Shown: piece by piece, positions 63,886 through 64,000 of the stretch
Layout of the letters: every line of letters begins with the position of its first letter
Position numbering within the stretch: position 1 is the first letter of the stretch
From: Octopus vulgaris
Lineage: Eukaryota
Length of the DNA: 64,000 nt
Direction of reading: 5' to 3'
Assembly: GCA_951406725.2 (NCBI GenBank)
Contig: OX597830.1
Location: forward strand, 31,558,001 to 31,622,000
Notes under the pieces: model-generated
Told to the model about the DNA's origin: nothing
Seen by the model: only the letters and a program-made list of their open reading frames with translations
Databases searched by the model: none
Translations under genes and position numbers: made by a program

Positions 63886-64000
63886 GTTTACATATACTAT
63901 GCCATATCTTCAGATGATATAAACTGGGGTCACCCATTGACAGGCCTCTGATATTCTAATAAAGTGACCAACACTTATTGTATGAAAATTAGTAGCTCCA

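Overview
Eukaryotic, AT-rich and extremely microsatellite-rich genomic DNA. I can recognise no host protein-coding exon, so this is a gene desert or a large intron. The repeat families and the SSR load point to a coleoid cephalopod, most likely Octopus (inference). Almost all ORFs in the supplied track are translations of simple repeats. Two real coding regions exist, both from non-LTR retrotransposons. The first is an uninterrupted, 5'-truncated R4/Dong element (RT, CCHC finger, restriction-like endonuclease) at about 30.0-32.8 kb inside a (TAA)n tract. The second is an uninterrupted 3' part of a Tx1/L1-type LINE at about 23.3-24.9 kb (minus strand) inside a (GATA)n tract. The rest is a nested mosaic: about ten decayed Dong copies (wherever flanks are readable, oriented with TAA on the sense strand), older Tx1 copies, RTE-like 3' ends with (ATG)n tails, at least four tRNA-headed SINE families, hAT/piggyBac/Tc1-type MITEs with readable TSDs or TIRs, a Helitron and a Helentron-like element, and minisatellites. 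The most notable observations are two hammerhead-ribozyme-like motifs of the minimal Penelope type (one inside a fold-back), a SINE whose 3' tail matches the 3' end of the Tx1-type LINEs in the same window, an apparent partitioning of microsatellite types among retroelement families, and several long palindromes. All alignments were done by eye, and repeat boundaries are approximate unless a TSD is quoted.
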